64,000 nt of DNA from Setoptus koraiensis (lineage: Eukaryota > Animalia > Arthropoda): positions 10,602,001 to 10,666,000 of the forward strand of contig CM106585.1 in assembly GCA_048013815.1 (NCBI GenBank), in the 5' to 3' direction. This document shows, piece after piece, positions 49,551 to 61,260 of this stretch. Every line of letters begins with the position of its first letter. Position 1 is the stretch's first letter. The notes beneath the pieces are model-generated. The model saw only the letters and a list, made by a program, of their open reading frames with translations. It made no database searches and had not been told where the DNA came from. A program made the translations under genes and the position numbers.

Positions 49551-50174
49551 CCTCTCTTGGTTGATCCACAGTTGTATATATTATTCTTACATACCAACAA
49601 CCAATACTATTTTTAAAAGGACCATTTCATCAGATTAAATAATGTAAATACGGACCAAATATAGATGAGATAAGGCAATCAAAAATATCTTTAGTAGCTA
49701 TTGTTTTCGTTGCATTTATTTTAGTTTCAAGTTTATTCACATGTGCGCTCGATATGCGAGTAGCGCACAAAACATACGTTCATTGAGCATTCTTTGTGGT
49801 GCAAATCGCATGACACGTGGTTACCATCTTCAGCGAGTGGAATTTACGAATGTCGTAGTGTTGTTCCATTTATGAGGAGTCGTAGCTTGAGCCATCGCTC
49901 ACTGATCCCTGAACCTCACTGAAATGACCATCGAGATCAGGCACCCGTACATTTTGGACTTCAGATGTTTGTAGACTAGTTTGCGTGGCGACATCATTGT
50001 TATCGTCAATTAGCTGCGTCGACATCTTCGACGCGCACCATCTACTAACTTGATAGATTGAGGTCGGCCTGTAACCTCTGTCCATTCGAGTAGCGACTTT
50101 TTTATCACTGTCTGGTACAATGAATGGGCGGCCATTGGACTGTCGTCCTTGACATCTTCTACGTTGATACATGT

Positions 50175-50585
50175 TTGTCTTGGTTGGTTGGCTGTGTTGG
50201 TTGTTTTGGCCGGTTGGTTAACTTGGTTGGTTTGGTTGGTTGGCCGTGTTGGTTGTTTTGGCCGGTTGGTTAACTTGGTTGGTTTGGTTGGTTGGCCGTG
50301 TTGGCTGTGTTGGCTGTGTTGGCTGGTTTGGCAGGTTGGTTAACTTGGTTGGTTTTGCTGGTTGGCCGTGTTGGCTGTGTTGGCTGGTTTGGCTGTGTTG
50401 GCTGGTTTGGCAGGTTGGTTAAATTGGTTGGCTGTGTTGGTTGTTTTGGCGGGTTGGTTAACTTGGTTGGTTTTTTTGTGCTTTCATCGACTTGGTTGGT
50501 TAGGTTGGTTTGATTTGGTTTCGTTTGGCTGTTTGGTCAACTCGTTCAACTTGGTTGGCTTGGTTTGGCTTGACTTGCTCGGCTA
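50175..50585. repeat. Strand-asymmetric G/T-rich compound minisatellite (left arm)
   Basis: Units such as ttggttaacttggttggtttggttggttggccgtgttggttgttttggccgg (~52 bp) mixed with 9-18 bp subunits. Confidence 0.9.
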
Positions 50586-51116
50586 ACAAAGAAAAATAAC
50601 GATTAAAACATCTTTTTCATTGTTGTGTGTAACAACAAAATGGACTCCATTGTGATGACCAAACGGCGCCATAAGTTGCAAGTTGCCGAGTCCCGGTACG
50701 CCCCCCCTCCCCCAATCGGCATTTAGATCCCGGATTCACCCGCGATACCCGGATAAAGCGACACATATTTCAGTGTTAATGCACTCACAAGTCAGCCCGA
50801 AGTAGTTGCGCTCTGCTATCCGATACCGTGCTATTGTTTTGCTACTTGTGTTATTGCGAACATTTCACGGTTTATTCTCTTTGCACACACATGAATGCAC
50901 GATTGTTTCAGCATATTGCAGAAATTAATGCGTTTCGAGAGGCAATACTATTGATATCATAGGTGTCGTGCAATAAGAAAACCTTGCCTTTACTAATGTT
51001 GACACTGCGCCATCTTCGTTTGTAATTATCCTTTCTTGTTTATTTTGTAATAATGGGACAACGCAACAATTAGATAAGAAACAAGTTATAGCGATTCGAT
51101 CTGGTATCTAGGTATT

Positions 51117-52622
51117 ATGAAAAAATTCCTCCATCTTACTAAACGGCAACCGTCACTAGATCAGAGTGCAATCAATCGTAACGGTTGGCCAGGCGCAGAT
51201 AGATCAAATGGTAAATCTTTGCGTAGAGTATCAACAACAAACTTGACTACAAAAAACATACACATCGTTCGAGGAGCTTATAATATTGACCTCAATAAAG
51301 TTGATAACAGTTTCAACAAACTCCACAGGGCTTGCCTATTAAACGATGATATAAGAGCCAGGAAGTATATTCGTAAAATTGATTGCAATGACCAGGACAA
51401 TTCCAAACGATCGCCTCTGCACTTGGCCACAGTTAATGGGAATTTTTCATTGGTGAAATTGTTGATCGATAACAAGGCCAATGTTAATATAAAAGACAGC
51501 GATGGCAGAACGCCCTTGATAAAATCTATCGAATGTGGTCACGATCAGCTCGTTGAATACCTTATCCGACATGGTGCGAATCCAAACACAGCAGATTCCG
51601 ATGGTAACACGGCCCTTCATTGGGTTCTCATGACAGAATCTATAGTTGCCTTAAGCTATTTGATCGATTCAAATAAGTGTGACGGCAGTATTAAAAATAC
51701 ACGGGGAGAAACATGTCTACACTTAGCTGTTAAATGTCCACTGTTCAATTCACAAATCTATGAAGCTCTGATCAAAACAGGAGCTGACTTACATGCCAAA
51801 AATAACTTGGGCCTCACTCCTATCGAAATAGCCCAGCGTTCAAACAACACTGCCGCAGTTAATTCCTTAAACAAGCCTCCGAGCAAAAAACTAAAGAAGT
51901 CACCCTCTGATAACCATGGTAATCTAGTCAGGAAGATGTCTATGTCAGCTGAGGACGTCTCTCAAGTGAAACACGAGAGACGAAAATACTTCATCACGCG
52001 AAACAAGGATCAAGAAAGTACTGCCATAGAAGATTCAGATGATGAGCCAATCAGGGCTAGCAAGAGTTTCGAGGGATTCGATCCATCATTGAAGGACATA
52101 GAAAATTACGAGAACACAAATTTCCGCATCGGAGAAGATTTCACTCAAGTCACAAAATCTAGCAATGACGCCTACCTTAATAGTTACAATCAAAAGACGT
52201 TGATTGAAACTCAAAAAATATGCGATGAGTTCAGGAAAAAATTCAACCAAAAGAATAAAGATAATCTGGAATTGGAGAAAAAGGTGATCCATTTAGAGTC
52301 GGAATCGAATCATCTTAAGCTAGATATCACCTCAATTGTAGAGCAAAATAGGATTCTGGAAAATGAGCTAGAAAAAGTCCGTATGCTTCAAGCAACAGAT
52401 AGGCAGGAGTTGCAATCGTTAAAAACCGAACTTGAGAAATTGCTGGAAATCAACAGCGCCTTAATTCAAGAAAAACAGCAGTTGGAATCCGATTTGAAGA
52501 ATCTCCGTATGTCTGTTGGATCAGAGATCCCTTGTGAAGAAGACAGAGATTTCCACTCTACCAAGAATAAGTTACAAGAACAGATCAATGAGTTGAAATT
52601 TGAGCTCAAGTCTGAACCTTAG
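51117..52622 (+). CDS. Ankyrin-repeat + coiled-coil protein, ANKRD26/POTE-family-like (left arm)
   Basis: N-terminal KLHRAC, then RSPLHLA, GRTPLIKSIECG, GNTALHW, GETCLHLA, GLTPIEIA and a heptad-rich C-terminus. Confidence 0.8.
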   Translation: MKKFLHLTKRQPSLDQSAINRNGWPGADRSNGKSLRRVSTTNLTTKNIHIVRGAYNIDLNKVDNSFNKLHRACLLNDDIRARKYIRKIDCNDQDNSKRSPLHLATVNGNFSLVKLLIDNKANVNIKDSDGRTPLIKSIECGHDQLVEYLIRHGANPNTADSDGNTALHWVLMTESIVALSYLIDSNKCDGSIKNTRGETCLHLAVKCPLFNSQIYEALIKTGADLHAKNNLGLTPIEIAQRSNNTAAVNSLNKPPSKKLKKSPSDNHGNLVRKMSMSAEDVSQVKHERRKYFITRNKDQESTAIEDSDDEPIRASKSFEGFDPSLKDIENYENTNFRIGEDFTQVTKSSNDAYLNSYNQKTLIETQKICDEFRKKFNQKNKDNLELEKKVIHLESESNHLKLDITSIVEQNRILENELEKVRMLQATDRQELQSLKTELEKLLEINSALIQEKQQLESDLKNLRMSVGSEIPCEEDRDFHSTKNKLQEQINELKFELKSEP

Positions 52623-53646
52623 GATAAACATATCCATGACACACAGTTTTTGGATTTCAATTGACAAAGAAAAGCCACAAGGAATCAAGCATTTTCCTAC
52701 AAGAATTTCTGATTTATAGAGAACGCTTGAATTTCTATCTTCTTTCGTTCGTGCACTGTTTACTCATGAGGAGATTTTCTAACTAATTGAGAATCTAAAC
52801 CACCTGACTCAGGCGTTCCTTTTAGGGAGTTGTATTTCTCACTATTACGATTCGGAACTGAATTGAATATCTTCTTTTTGTTCAATTATGTAAAACCTTC
52901 AACGCCGTACGAGTGGTCATTGTTTGCAATCATTCTAAGTTGTAATCTTCAACGGTTGATTGAGATTAAGGGACTGCATTTCGGCGAGAGCTGACAAGAA
53001 CAACATCCCGCCATTCTCAATCCAAACATCTTGATCTGCGTATGTCAAAAGATGAGAATCAGTGTTGAGTAATGACCGCAGTCCAAGCTAATAATAAGAG
53101 GTTCCCTTTCGTTGGATGAGAGGAGCGGAAGCCCTATCCCAGATAGCGATAAAGGATGAATGCCTTTTTTGGTCACCCCAGATTCATCGATTCGATGAAT
53201 ATTTTTTTGAAAATTCCGCTGAATGATGACTGCGGACAGCACAATCTTTCCGTTATTACGAATGGTCGTATACCACAGTTGTCATTCGCGGACCTTTTTT
53301 CGTGTGCACCATCTTTTGCTGCACACAAGGATCAGTAAATTCATTCATCATGCGATTCCAAGCACAGAAAGTAATCTGTGAATAATGAGCACGTCTCTTG
53401 TAGCAATATCTTATGGGAAAATTGTTCCATGCGCTTGCGCTTCTAACTCTTAAGTCAGGTTCTGTGCGTAAATGCCGTTTTAGCACAAGATGCTGCTTAC
53501 CTGATGTCTTTATTTACGAATTCAAGTTGCGCGAATTTTTCACACTTGTTAGCGATTCGTAACATGGGACTGACCAGCTAGTGCCGTTACATCAGAATTA
53601 TTGTATAGCAATGTTTATGGTTTCTTAACATTTACATAATAACAAC

Positions 53647-54688
53647 ATGTTGAGCCAATCAAGGATTTCGTCAATTCTGAGGAGGGAGCGAAGGTCATCC
53701 GCCACTCGCGTTAGTTTTCGATAATAAGTTAACTCTACGAGAGTTACATGATGATGGGACATGTGAGATCACAAATTTGCTCTTAAAACAAGGCGACAAT
53801 ATTGATATGGACCTAACATTATTAGAGGTATGCGACCCAGAGAGCAGCATCTCATCTGATATGGAAATTTCATCAAGCACTATGGTCGATGCCTCGATGC
53901 ATGACAGAACTATGATGATGGAACAAACTCTCATGAATGAGTCGGTTTATAGTGAAATGACTAGTTTCAATTTGCCGAGTAATCTACAACAATCAATGGA
54001 AAATTCAATCTTGAGGGAATTCACAAACGACACTATCATGGCTGTTGATATCACAATGGACCGGAGTATACAAGATTCGTTAAAAGCAGACGCCTCTGTT
54101 TTCAACAAAGTTTTAGATGGTTTAAGAAGCCATGAGACGTCTTTATATTTCATCAACAAAAATGTACGAGTTCTCATATCTACTGATTACAATGACACGG
54201 TAACTGATTTAAGCTGTGAATTGATAAGTTCCACAATAGCCTCAGATAATTTTTACTCACAACTACACGCACTCAAAAATGATCTCATGAATGAAAAGTC
54301 CTCGAAAGTCGAGGTAATCAGATTGTTGAAACAACTGGAGATTCAAGCAAGAACTCTGGGTGCAGAAATCGACGCATTACAGTCATTCCATCGTTTTAAG
54401 AGAGTTGTAAGAGAGGGTGGCCCCTCTGATTTGGCCATCAAAATAAGAGGTCTAAGGTACCCCTTATGGCTCCTATTGACATATGACCCTGCCACATACC
54501 CTTATGAAGAAATTCACGTCAGATTCGCTGTAAATAAGATTGATCGTAGTTTATATCCTTTCACAACTTTCGCTAGTATTATCAAAAATACAACCAAGAG
54601 TGGACAACTATTTTATATCACTAGTTTGGTAGCAAGTGCCAAAAAGTTTATAAGATTCTACAAGAAATCACTCAAACACTACACATAA
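53647..54688 (+). CDS. KNL1: KNL1/Spc105-like protein (left arm; 1-bp T insertion near 53715 shifts the frame)
   Basis: Same sequence as 59196-60236 except ttagttttcg versus ttagtttcg. Confidence 0.6.
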
Positions 54689-55059
54689 CTGTACTTACAG
54701 CAGATTGATTATATAATACATACTAAACACAACCACAAAATGCTCAAAAGTTAGTTCTAAATAGACCCAATCTTACATAGCTCGGCATTTTTTTCCATGT
54801 ATAGTTTAGTGAGCTGATGGTTCCTCAGCGTTGATGGTTCTCATCAACCATTTATTCAAATAACTTTTACAGACAACAAAGATCTTACAATGTAAGCAAT
54901 GAAACTTTTTTCAATTTTTGTGTTATTTGACATCATTCTCGAACTCTTGTTGTTTGGATGATTCCATCGATTCTGTGTAACTGAACTTTAATTCTAGAAT
55001 AGAATTTTCAAAGTTTTGTTTTTGTTATACAAATAAAGCTTTATTTGGTTTATAATGGT

Positions 55060-56950
55060 CTAGGCGCGTGAAGACATAAGTTATTGAGTCGAATGCGGGT
55101 ATATGGTTCACACCGGAGTGCCCAATCGTGAAGACACTATCATAAGATACACGATGAGTCAACGTATGGGTATGAAGATCCTCACTTCTTCCAATTGAGT
55201 TAAAACTATGATTATTTGACGATGAAGAGGTGGAATGCAATCTGTTGTTCTAAGCTCACTCGAGAAGATATATATTCATACTCTTCGAGCAGTCGCAAAT
55301 CATCTGAACACACTATCAGGTATCTATTTTCTATAACTACAGCATCTGACAACTTAGTCAGGTAGTATGCTGTAACGCCATCACGGGCTCATGTCTTGAC
55401 CTTGAGTATCGTAAGCTTAGCGATCGCGTCTGCAGATGAATTGATTCGGAGTATAGTTTTACAAGAGTTTCTTGGAACTGTGTAGAGCTAGTAAAAATTT
55501 CGGATAATCGGGAGGATAGATGATACTTTTTGTGTGCCAATGATTAAAAGCTGTACAAATTATTACATATTCTCCAGGTTCTAAAATGACGCAACATCCA
55601 ACAAAGTTTCTGACAAGCCTTTGACTATTGTTGATCAGTTGCCCTATATCTGTCGAGTCCGGATCTTTTAAACTGGTGGATGCGCGAAATATCAAAATAC
55701 ATAAATCTAGTTGCTGAGATTGCGGACGCACTGATTGATTCAAATTGTTCTGGCAGTCCCTTCGACTAGATTGGAATAGGCTCAAGTCAATTTCTGTAGT
55801 TTCGTTCAATGTTATGATTATGTAAGGTAGATGGTCGCTATCACAGCTCTTTGTTGGAAATGTTCCTTCCAATCTTATCTCATTCCAATCTGGTCTGACT
55901 TTACAAATATCAATACAATCAAAATATTCGATGACATCTGTGAAACACATCCAAAATATGCCACCATCTGATCCATGGGGCATCAGCATAGACCTCAACT
56001 CTGGGGTCCATAAACAAGAGTCATCTGACCAATCTCCAGTCCAAGAGAAGTGGCCCCAAGGATTTCTTAGTTTTATAAGACGTAAATTATTTCCTTCATC
56101 TCTAACATCCATAACAGAATAAGCGTGCCGAGGTCTAAGACCCATTCGAGAGTATTTTTCCTCGTCGATCTCCATATTGCCACCGCCACAAGATGCTCCC
56201 ATAAGAAAACCAGCATCGCGCGAACTCAGTAACTGAGCCCAGATTAGGTCTTGATCTATTTCTTGATTTGCATGATTATGATCCTTAGTCTCAACGAGAT
56301 TGGTTGTTGTATCACCACTTTCCATTAAACGAGATGACGATGAAGCGGCAGGGGGCTGCAAGGTGATAGTCTCGCATGGAGCACCTGTCAGCGTGGCAAG
56401 GCCCTCAATGGAACGACCGGATGCTAATGACTCATAACATCCATGGATCTTGGCTAGAGCTTTTTCTATCAAAGGAACCCAGAGTTGTTTATGCTTTGCC
56501 TGGGAATACAGTAGATTGCGAAATTTATCACAAGGTAAAAGATCATCGATGAGTATTGTCTGCCATCTTCCGTCTTTGCACAGCCTGACTTGATATGCAC
56601 CTTGTGGGCATAGATCTCTAGTGATCATGACTCTTCTGACTAGCTCAGGTCTCTCGGCCAAGACAGCAAGGGCTGATAAGAACCAACAATTTCCGAGTAT
56701 GCCTTGTCGGATATCATTGGGAGTTGGAGTTCTAAATATTGTCCAGTTTAAATCGATGTCAAGTTGGTTGGTTCGTATTTGTTTGGGTCTCAACCACAAA
56801 CAATCTTTTACAATATCTATGATCTTTTGTTCTTCCAGCTCAACATTTCTTACAGGGTCCAGTCTGTTATCTATATTGTCATATTCCTGAGAACTTTGAC
56901 TGGTCACGTCAGCTATAGTTGTGTATCCTAATATGTATAATCTTTTATTC
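55060..56950 (-). CDS. CAPN15: Calpain-D/SOL (calpain-15)-like, left arm: catalytic domain intact, C-terminal ~400 bp riddled with deletions
   Basis: DIRQGILGNCWFLSALAVLAE (Cys), PRHAYSV (His), KLRNPWG (Asn). The frame stays open up to the palindrome centre. Confidence 0.88.
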
Positions 56951-56964
56951 TCCTGTTGATGTAG

Positions 56965-58831
56965 AGAGAGATATGTATAATATGTGAGGATTACACATTA
57001 CGCTGAGATGGCACGTCAAAGTTCTCAGGACTATGACATATAGATACAGACTGGACTGTAAGAAATGTGAGTGGAGAACAAAAGATCATAGATATGTAAA
57101 GATTGTTTGTGGTTGGACCAAACAACTCGAACACAACTAGACGATTAAACTGGACAATATAGAACTACACTCATGATATCGACAAGGCATACGGAAATTG
57201 TGGTTTTATCAGCTTGCTGTCTTGGCCGAGCTGAGATAGTCAGAAGAGTCATGATCACTAGAGATCTATGCCACAAGGTGATATCAGTCAGGTGCAAAGC
57301 GGAAGATGGAGAAATATCATCGAGATTTTACTTGTGATAAATTTCGCAATTACTGTATTCAGGCAAATGCTAAACACTCTGGGTTCTTTGATAGAAAAGC
57401 TTAGCAAGTCATGGATGTTATGAGTCATTAGCATCCGGTCGTTCCATTGAGGGCCTTGCCACGCTGACAGGTGCTCCATGCGAGACTATCACCTTGCAGC
57501 CCCCTGCCGCTTCATCGTCATCTCGTTTAATGGAAAGTGGTGATACAACAACCAATCTCGTTGAGACTAAGGATCATAATCATGCAAATCAAGAAATAGA
57601 TCAAGACCTAATCTGGGCTCAGTTACTGAGTTCGCGCGATGCTGGTTTTCTTATGGGAGCATCTTGTGGCGGTGGCAATATGGAGATCGACGAGGAAAAA
57701 TACTCTCGAATGGGTCTTAGACCTCGGCACGCTTATTCTGTTATGGATGTTAGAGATGAAGGAAATAATTTACGTCTTATAAAACTAAGAAATCCTTGGG
57801 GCCACTTCTCTTGGACTGGAGATTGGTCAGATGACTCTTGTTTATGGACCCCAGAGTTGAGGTCTATGCTGATGCCCCATGGATCAGATGGTGGCATATT
57901 TTGGATGTGTTTCACAGATGTCATCGAATATTTTGATTGTATTGATATTTGTAAAGTCAGACCAGATTGGAATGAGATAAGATTGGAAGGAACATTTCCA
58001 ACAAAGAGCTGTGATAGCGACCATCTACCTTACATAATCATAACATTGAACGAAACTACAGAAATTGACTTGAGCCTATTCCAATCTAGTCGAAGGGACT
58101 GCCAGAACAATTTGAATCAATCAGTGCGTCCGCAATCTCAGCAACTAGATTTATGTATTTTGATATTTCGCGCATCCACCAGTTTAAAAGATCCGGACTC
58201 GACAGATATAGGGCAACTGATCAACAATAGTCAAAGGCTTGTCAGAAACTTTGTTGGATGTTGCGTCATTTTAGAACCTGGAGAATATGTAATAATTTGT
58301 ACAGCTTTTAATCATTGGCACACAAAAAGTATCATCTATCCTCCCGATTATCCGAAATTTTTACTAGCTCTACACAGTTCCAAGAAACTCTTGGTAGAAA
58401 CTATAGCTCCGAATCAATTCATCTTGGCAGACGCGATCGCTAAGCTTACGATACTCAAGGGTCAGAGACATGAGGCCCGTGATGGCGTTACAGCATACTA
58501 CCTGACTAAGGGTTGGTCAGGATTGGCTGTAGTTATAGAAAATAGATTACCTGATAGGTGTGTTCAGATGATTTGCGACTGCTCGAAGAGTATGAATATA
58601 GTATCTTCTCGAGGTGAGCTTAGAACAACAGATTGCATTCCACCTCTTCATCGTCAAATAATCATAGTTTTAACTCAATTGGAAGGAAGTGAGGGATTCT
58701 TCATAGCCCATACGTTGACTCATCGTGTATCTTATGATAGTGGTCTTCACGATTGGGGCACTCCGGGTGTGAACCATATACCCGCATTCGACTCAATAAC
58801 TTATGGTCTTCACGCGCCTAGACCATTATAA
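56965..58831 (+). CDS. CAPN15: Calpain-D/SOL (calpain-15)-like, right arm: first ~450 bp deletion-degraded, SOH C-terminus intact
   Basis: The ORF ends GVTAYYLTKGWSGL...CDCSKSMNIVSSRGELRTTDCIPPLHRQIIIVLTQLE...GLHAPRPL*, typical of SOL. Confidence 0.88.
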
Positions 58832-59195
58832 ACCAAATAAAGCTTTATTTTGTATAACAAAAACAAAACTTTGAAAATTCTATTCTAGAATTAAAGTTCA
58901 GTTACACAGGAATCGATGGAATCATCCAAACAACAAGAGTTCGAGAATGATGGTCAAATAACACAAAAATTGAAAAAAGTTTCATTGCTTACATTGTAAG
59001 ATCTTTGTTGTCTGTAAAAGTTATTTGAATAAATGGTTGATGAGAACCATCAACGCTGAGGAACCATCAGCTCACTAAACTATACATGGAAAAAAATGCC
59101 GAGCTATGTAAGATTGGGTCTATTTAGAACTAACTTTTGAGCATTTTGTGGTTGTGTTTAGTATGTATTATATAATCAATCTGCTGTAAGTACAG

Positions 59196-60236
59196 TTATG
59201 TGTAGTGTTTGAGTGATTTCTTGTAGAATCTTATAAACTTTTTGGCACTTGCTACCAAACTAGTGATATAAAATAGTTGTCCACTCTTGGTTGTATTTTT
59301 GATAATACTAGCGAAAGTTGTGAAAGGATATAAACTACGATCAATCTTATTTACAGCGAATCTGACGTGAATTTCTTCATAAGGGTATGTGGCAGGGTCA
59401 TATGTCAATAGGAGCCATAAGGGGTACCTTAGACCTCTTATTTTGATGGCCAAATCAGAGGGGCCACCCTCTCTTACAACTCTCTTAAAACGATGGAATG
59501 ACTGTAATGCGTCGATTTCTGCACCCAGAGTTCTTGCTTGAATCTCCAGTTGTTTCAACAATCTGATTACCTCGACTTTCGAGGACTTTTCATTCATGAG
59601 ATCATTTTTGAGTGCGTGTAGTTGTGAGTAAAAATTATCTGAGGCTATTGTGGAACTTATCAATTCACAGCTTAAATCAGTTACCGTGTCATTGTAATCA
59701 GTAGATATGAGAACTCGTACATTTTTGTTGATGAAATATAAAGACGTCTCATGGCTTCTTAAACCATCTAAAACTTTGTTGAAAACAGAGGCGTCTGCTT
59801 TTAACGAATCTTGTATACTCCGGTCCATTGTGATATCAACAGCCATGATAGTGTCGTTTGTGAATTCCCTCAAGATTGAATTTTCCATTGATTGTTGTAG
59901 ATTACTCGGCAAATTGAAACTAGTCATTTCACTATAAACCGACTCATTCATGAGAGTTTGTTCCATCATCATAGTTCTGTCATGCATCGAGGCATCGACC
60001 ATAGTGCTTGATGAAATTTCCATATCAGATGAGATGCTGCTCTCTGGGTCGCATACCTCTAATAATGTTAGGTCCATATCAATATTGTCGCCTTGTTTTA
60101 AGAGCAAATTTGTGATCTCACATGTCCCATCATCATGTAACTCTCGTAGAGTTAACTTATTATCGAAACTAACGCGAGTGGCGGATGACCTTCGCTCCCT
60201 CCTCAGAATTGACGAAATCCTTGATTGGCTCAACAT
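59196..60236 (-). CDS. KNL1: KNL1/Spc105-like kinetochore scaffold, 346 aa (right arm, intact)
   Basis: SSILRR (SILK-type) and RVSF at the N-terminus; MDLT, MEIS and MEQT MELT-like motifs; a coiled coil; then an RWD-like end (LWLLLTYDPATYPYEEIHVRF). Confidence 0.72.
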   Translation of the reverse strand: MLSQSRISSILRRERRSSATRVSFDNKLTLRELHDDGTCEITNLLLKQGDNIDMDLTLLEVCDPESSISSDMEISSSTMVDASMHDRTMMMEQTLMNESVYSEMTSFNLPSNLQQSMENSILREFTNDTIMAVDITMDRSIQDSLKADASVFNKVLDGLRSHETSLYFINKNVRVLISTDYNDTVTDLSCELISSTIASDNFYSQLHALKNDLMNEKSSKVEVIRLLKQLEIQARTLGAEIDALQSFHRFKRVVREGGPSDLAIKIRGLRYPLWLLLTYDPATYPYEEIHVRFAVNKIDRSLYPFTTFASIIKNTTKSGQLFYITSLVASAKKFIRFYKKSLKHYT

Positions 60237-61260
60237 GTTGTTATTATGTAAATGTTAAGAAACCATAAACATTGCTATACAATAATTCTGATGTAACGGC
60301 ACTAGCTGGTCAGTCCCATGTTACGAATCGCTAACAAGTGTGAAAAATTCGCGCAACTTGAATTCGTAAATAAAGACATCAGGTAAGCAGCATCTTGTGC
60401 TAAAACGGCATTTACGCACAGAACCTGACTTAAGAGTTAGAAGCGCAAGCGCATGGAACAATTTTCCCATAAGATATTGCTACAAGAGACGTGCTCATTA
60501 TTCACAGATTACTTTCTGTGCTTGGAATCGCATGATGAATGAATTTACTGATCCTTGTGTGCAGCAAAAGATGGTGCACACGAAAAAAGGTCCGCGAATG
60601 ACAACTGTGGTATACGACCATTCGTAATAACGGAAAGATTGTGCTGTCCGCAGTCATCATTCAGCGGAATTTTCAAAAAAATATTCATCGAATCGATGAA
60701 TCTGGGGTGACCAAAAAAGGCATTCATCCTTTATCGCTATCTGGGATAGGGCTTCCGCTCCTCTCATCCAACGAAAGGGAACCTCTTATTATTAGCTTGG
60801 ACTGCGGTCATTACTCAACACTGATTCTCATCTTTTGACATACGCAGATCAAGATGTTTGGATTGAGAATGGCGGGATGTTGTTCTTGTCAGCTCTCGCC
60901 GAAATGCAGTCCCTTAATCTCAATCAACCGTTGAAGATTACAACTTAGAATGATTGCAAACAATGACCACTCGTACGGCGTTGAAGGTTTTACATAATTG
61001 AACAAAAAGAAGATATTCAATTCAGTTCCGAATCGTAATAGTGAGAAATACAACTCCCTAAAAGGAACGCCTGAGTCAGGTGGTTTAGATTCTCAATTAG
61101 TTAGAAAATCTCCTCATGAGTAAACAGTGCACGAACGAAAGAAGATAGAAATTCAAGCGTTCTCTATAAATCAGAAATTCTTGTAGGAAAATGCTTGATT
61201 CCTTGTGGCTTTTCTTTGTCAATTGAAATCCAAAAACTGTGTGTCATGGATATGTTTATC

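Noticed and set aside
50175-50585. Telomeric repeat or CRISPR-like array
   Set aside because: Units are not (TTAGG)n and there is no repeat-spacer structure. The Trp/Leu/Val/Gly ORFs are translation artefacts of the repeat.
52700-53600. ORFs between the ankyrin and KNL1-like genes (mirrored at 60300-61200)
   Set aside because: An ATG and a GTAAG donor are present, but the tested acceptors give stops, and no homology was recognised.
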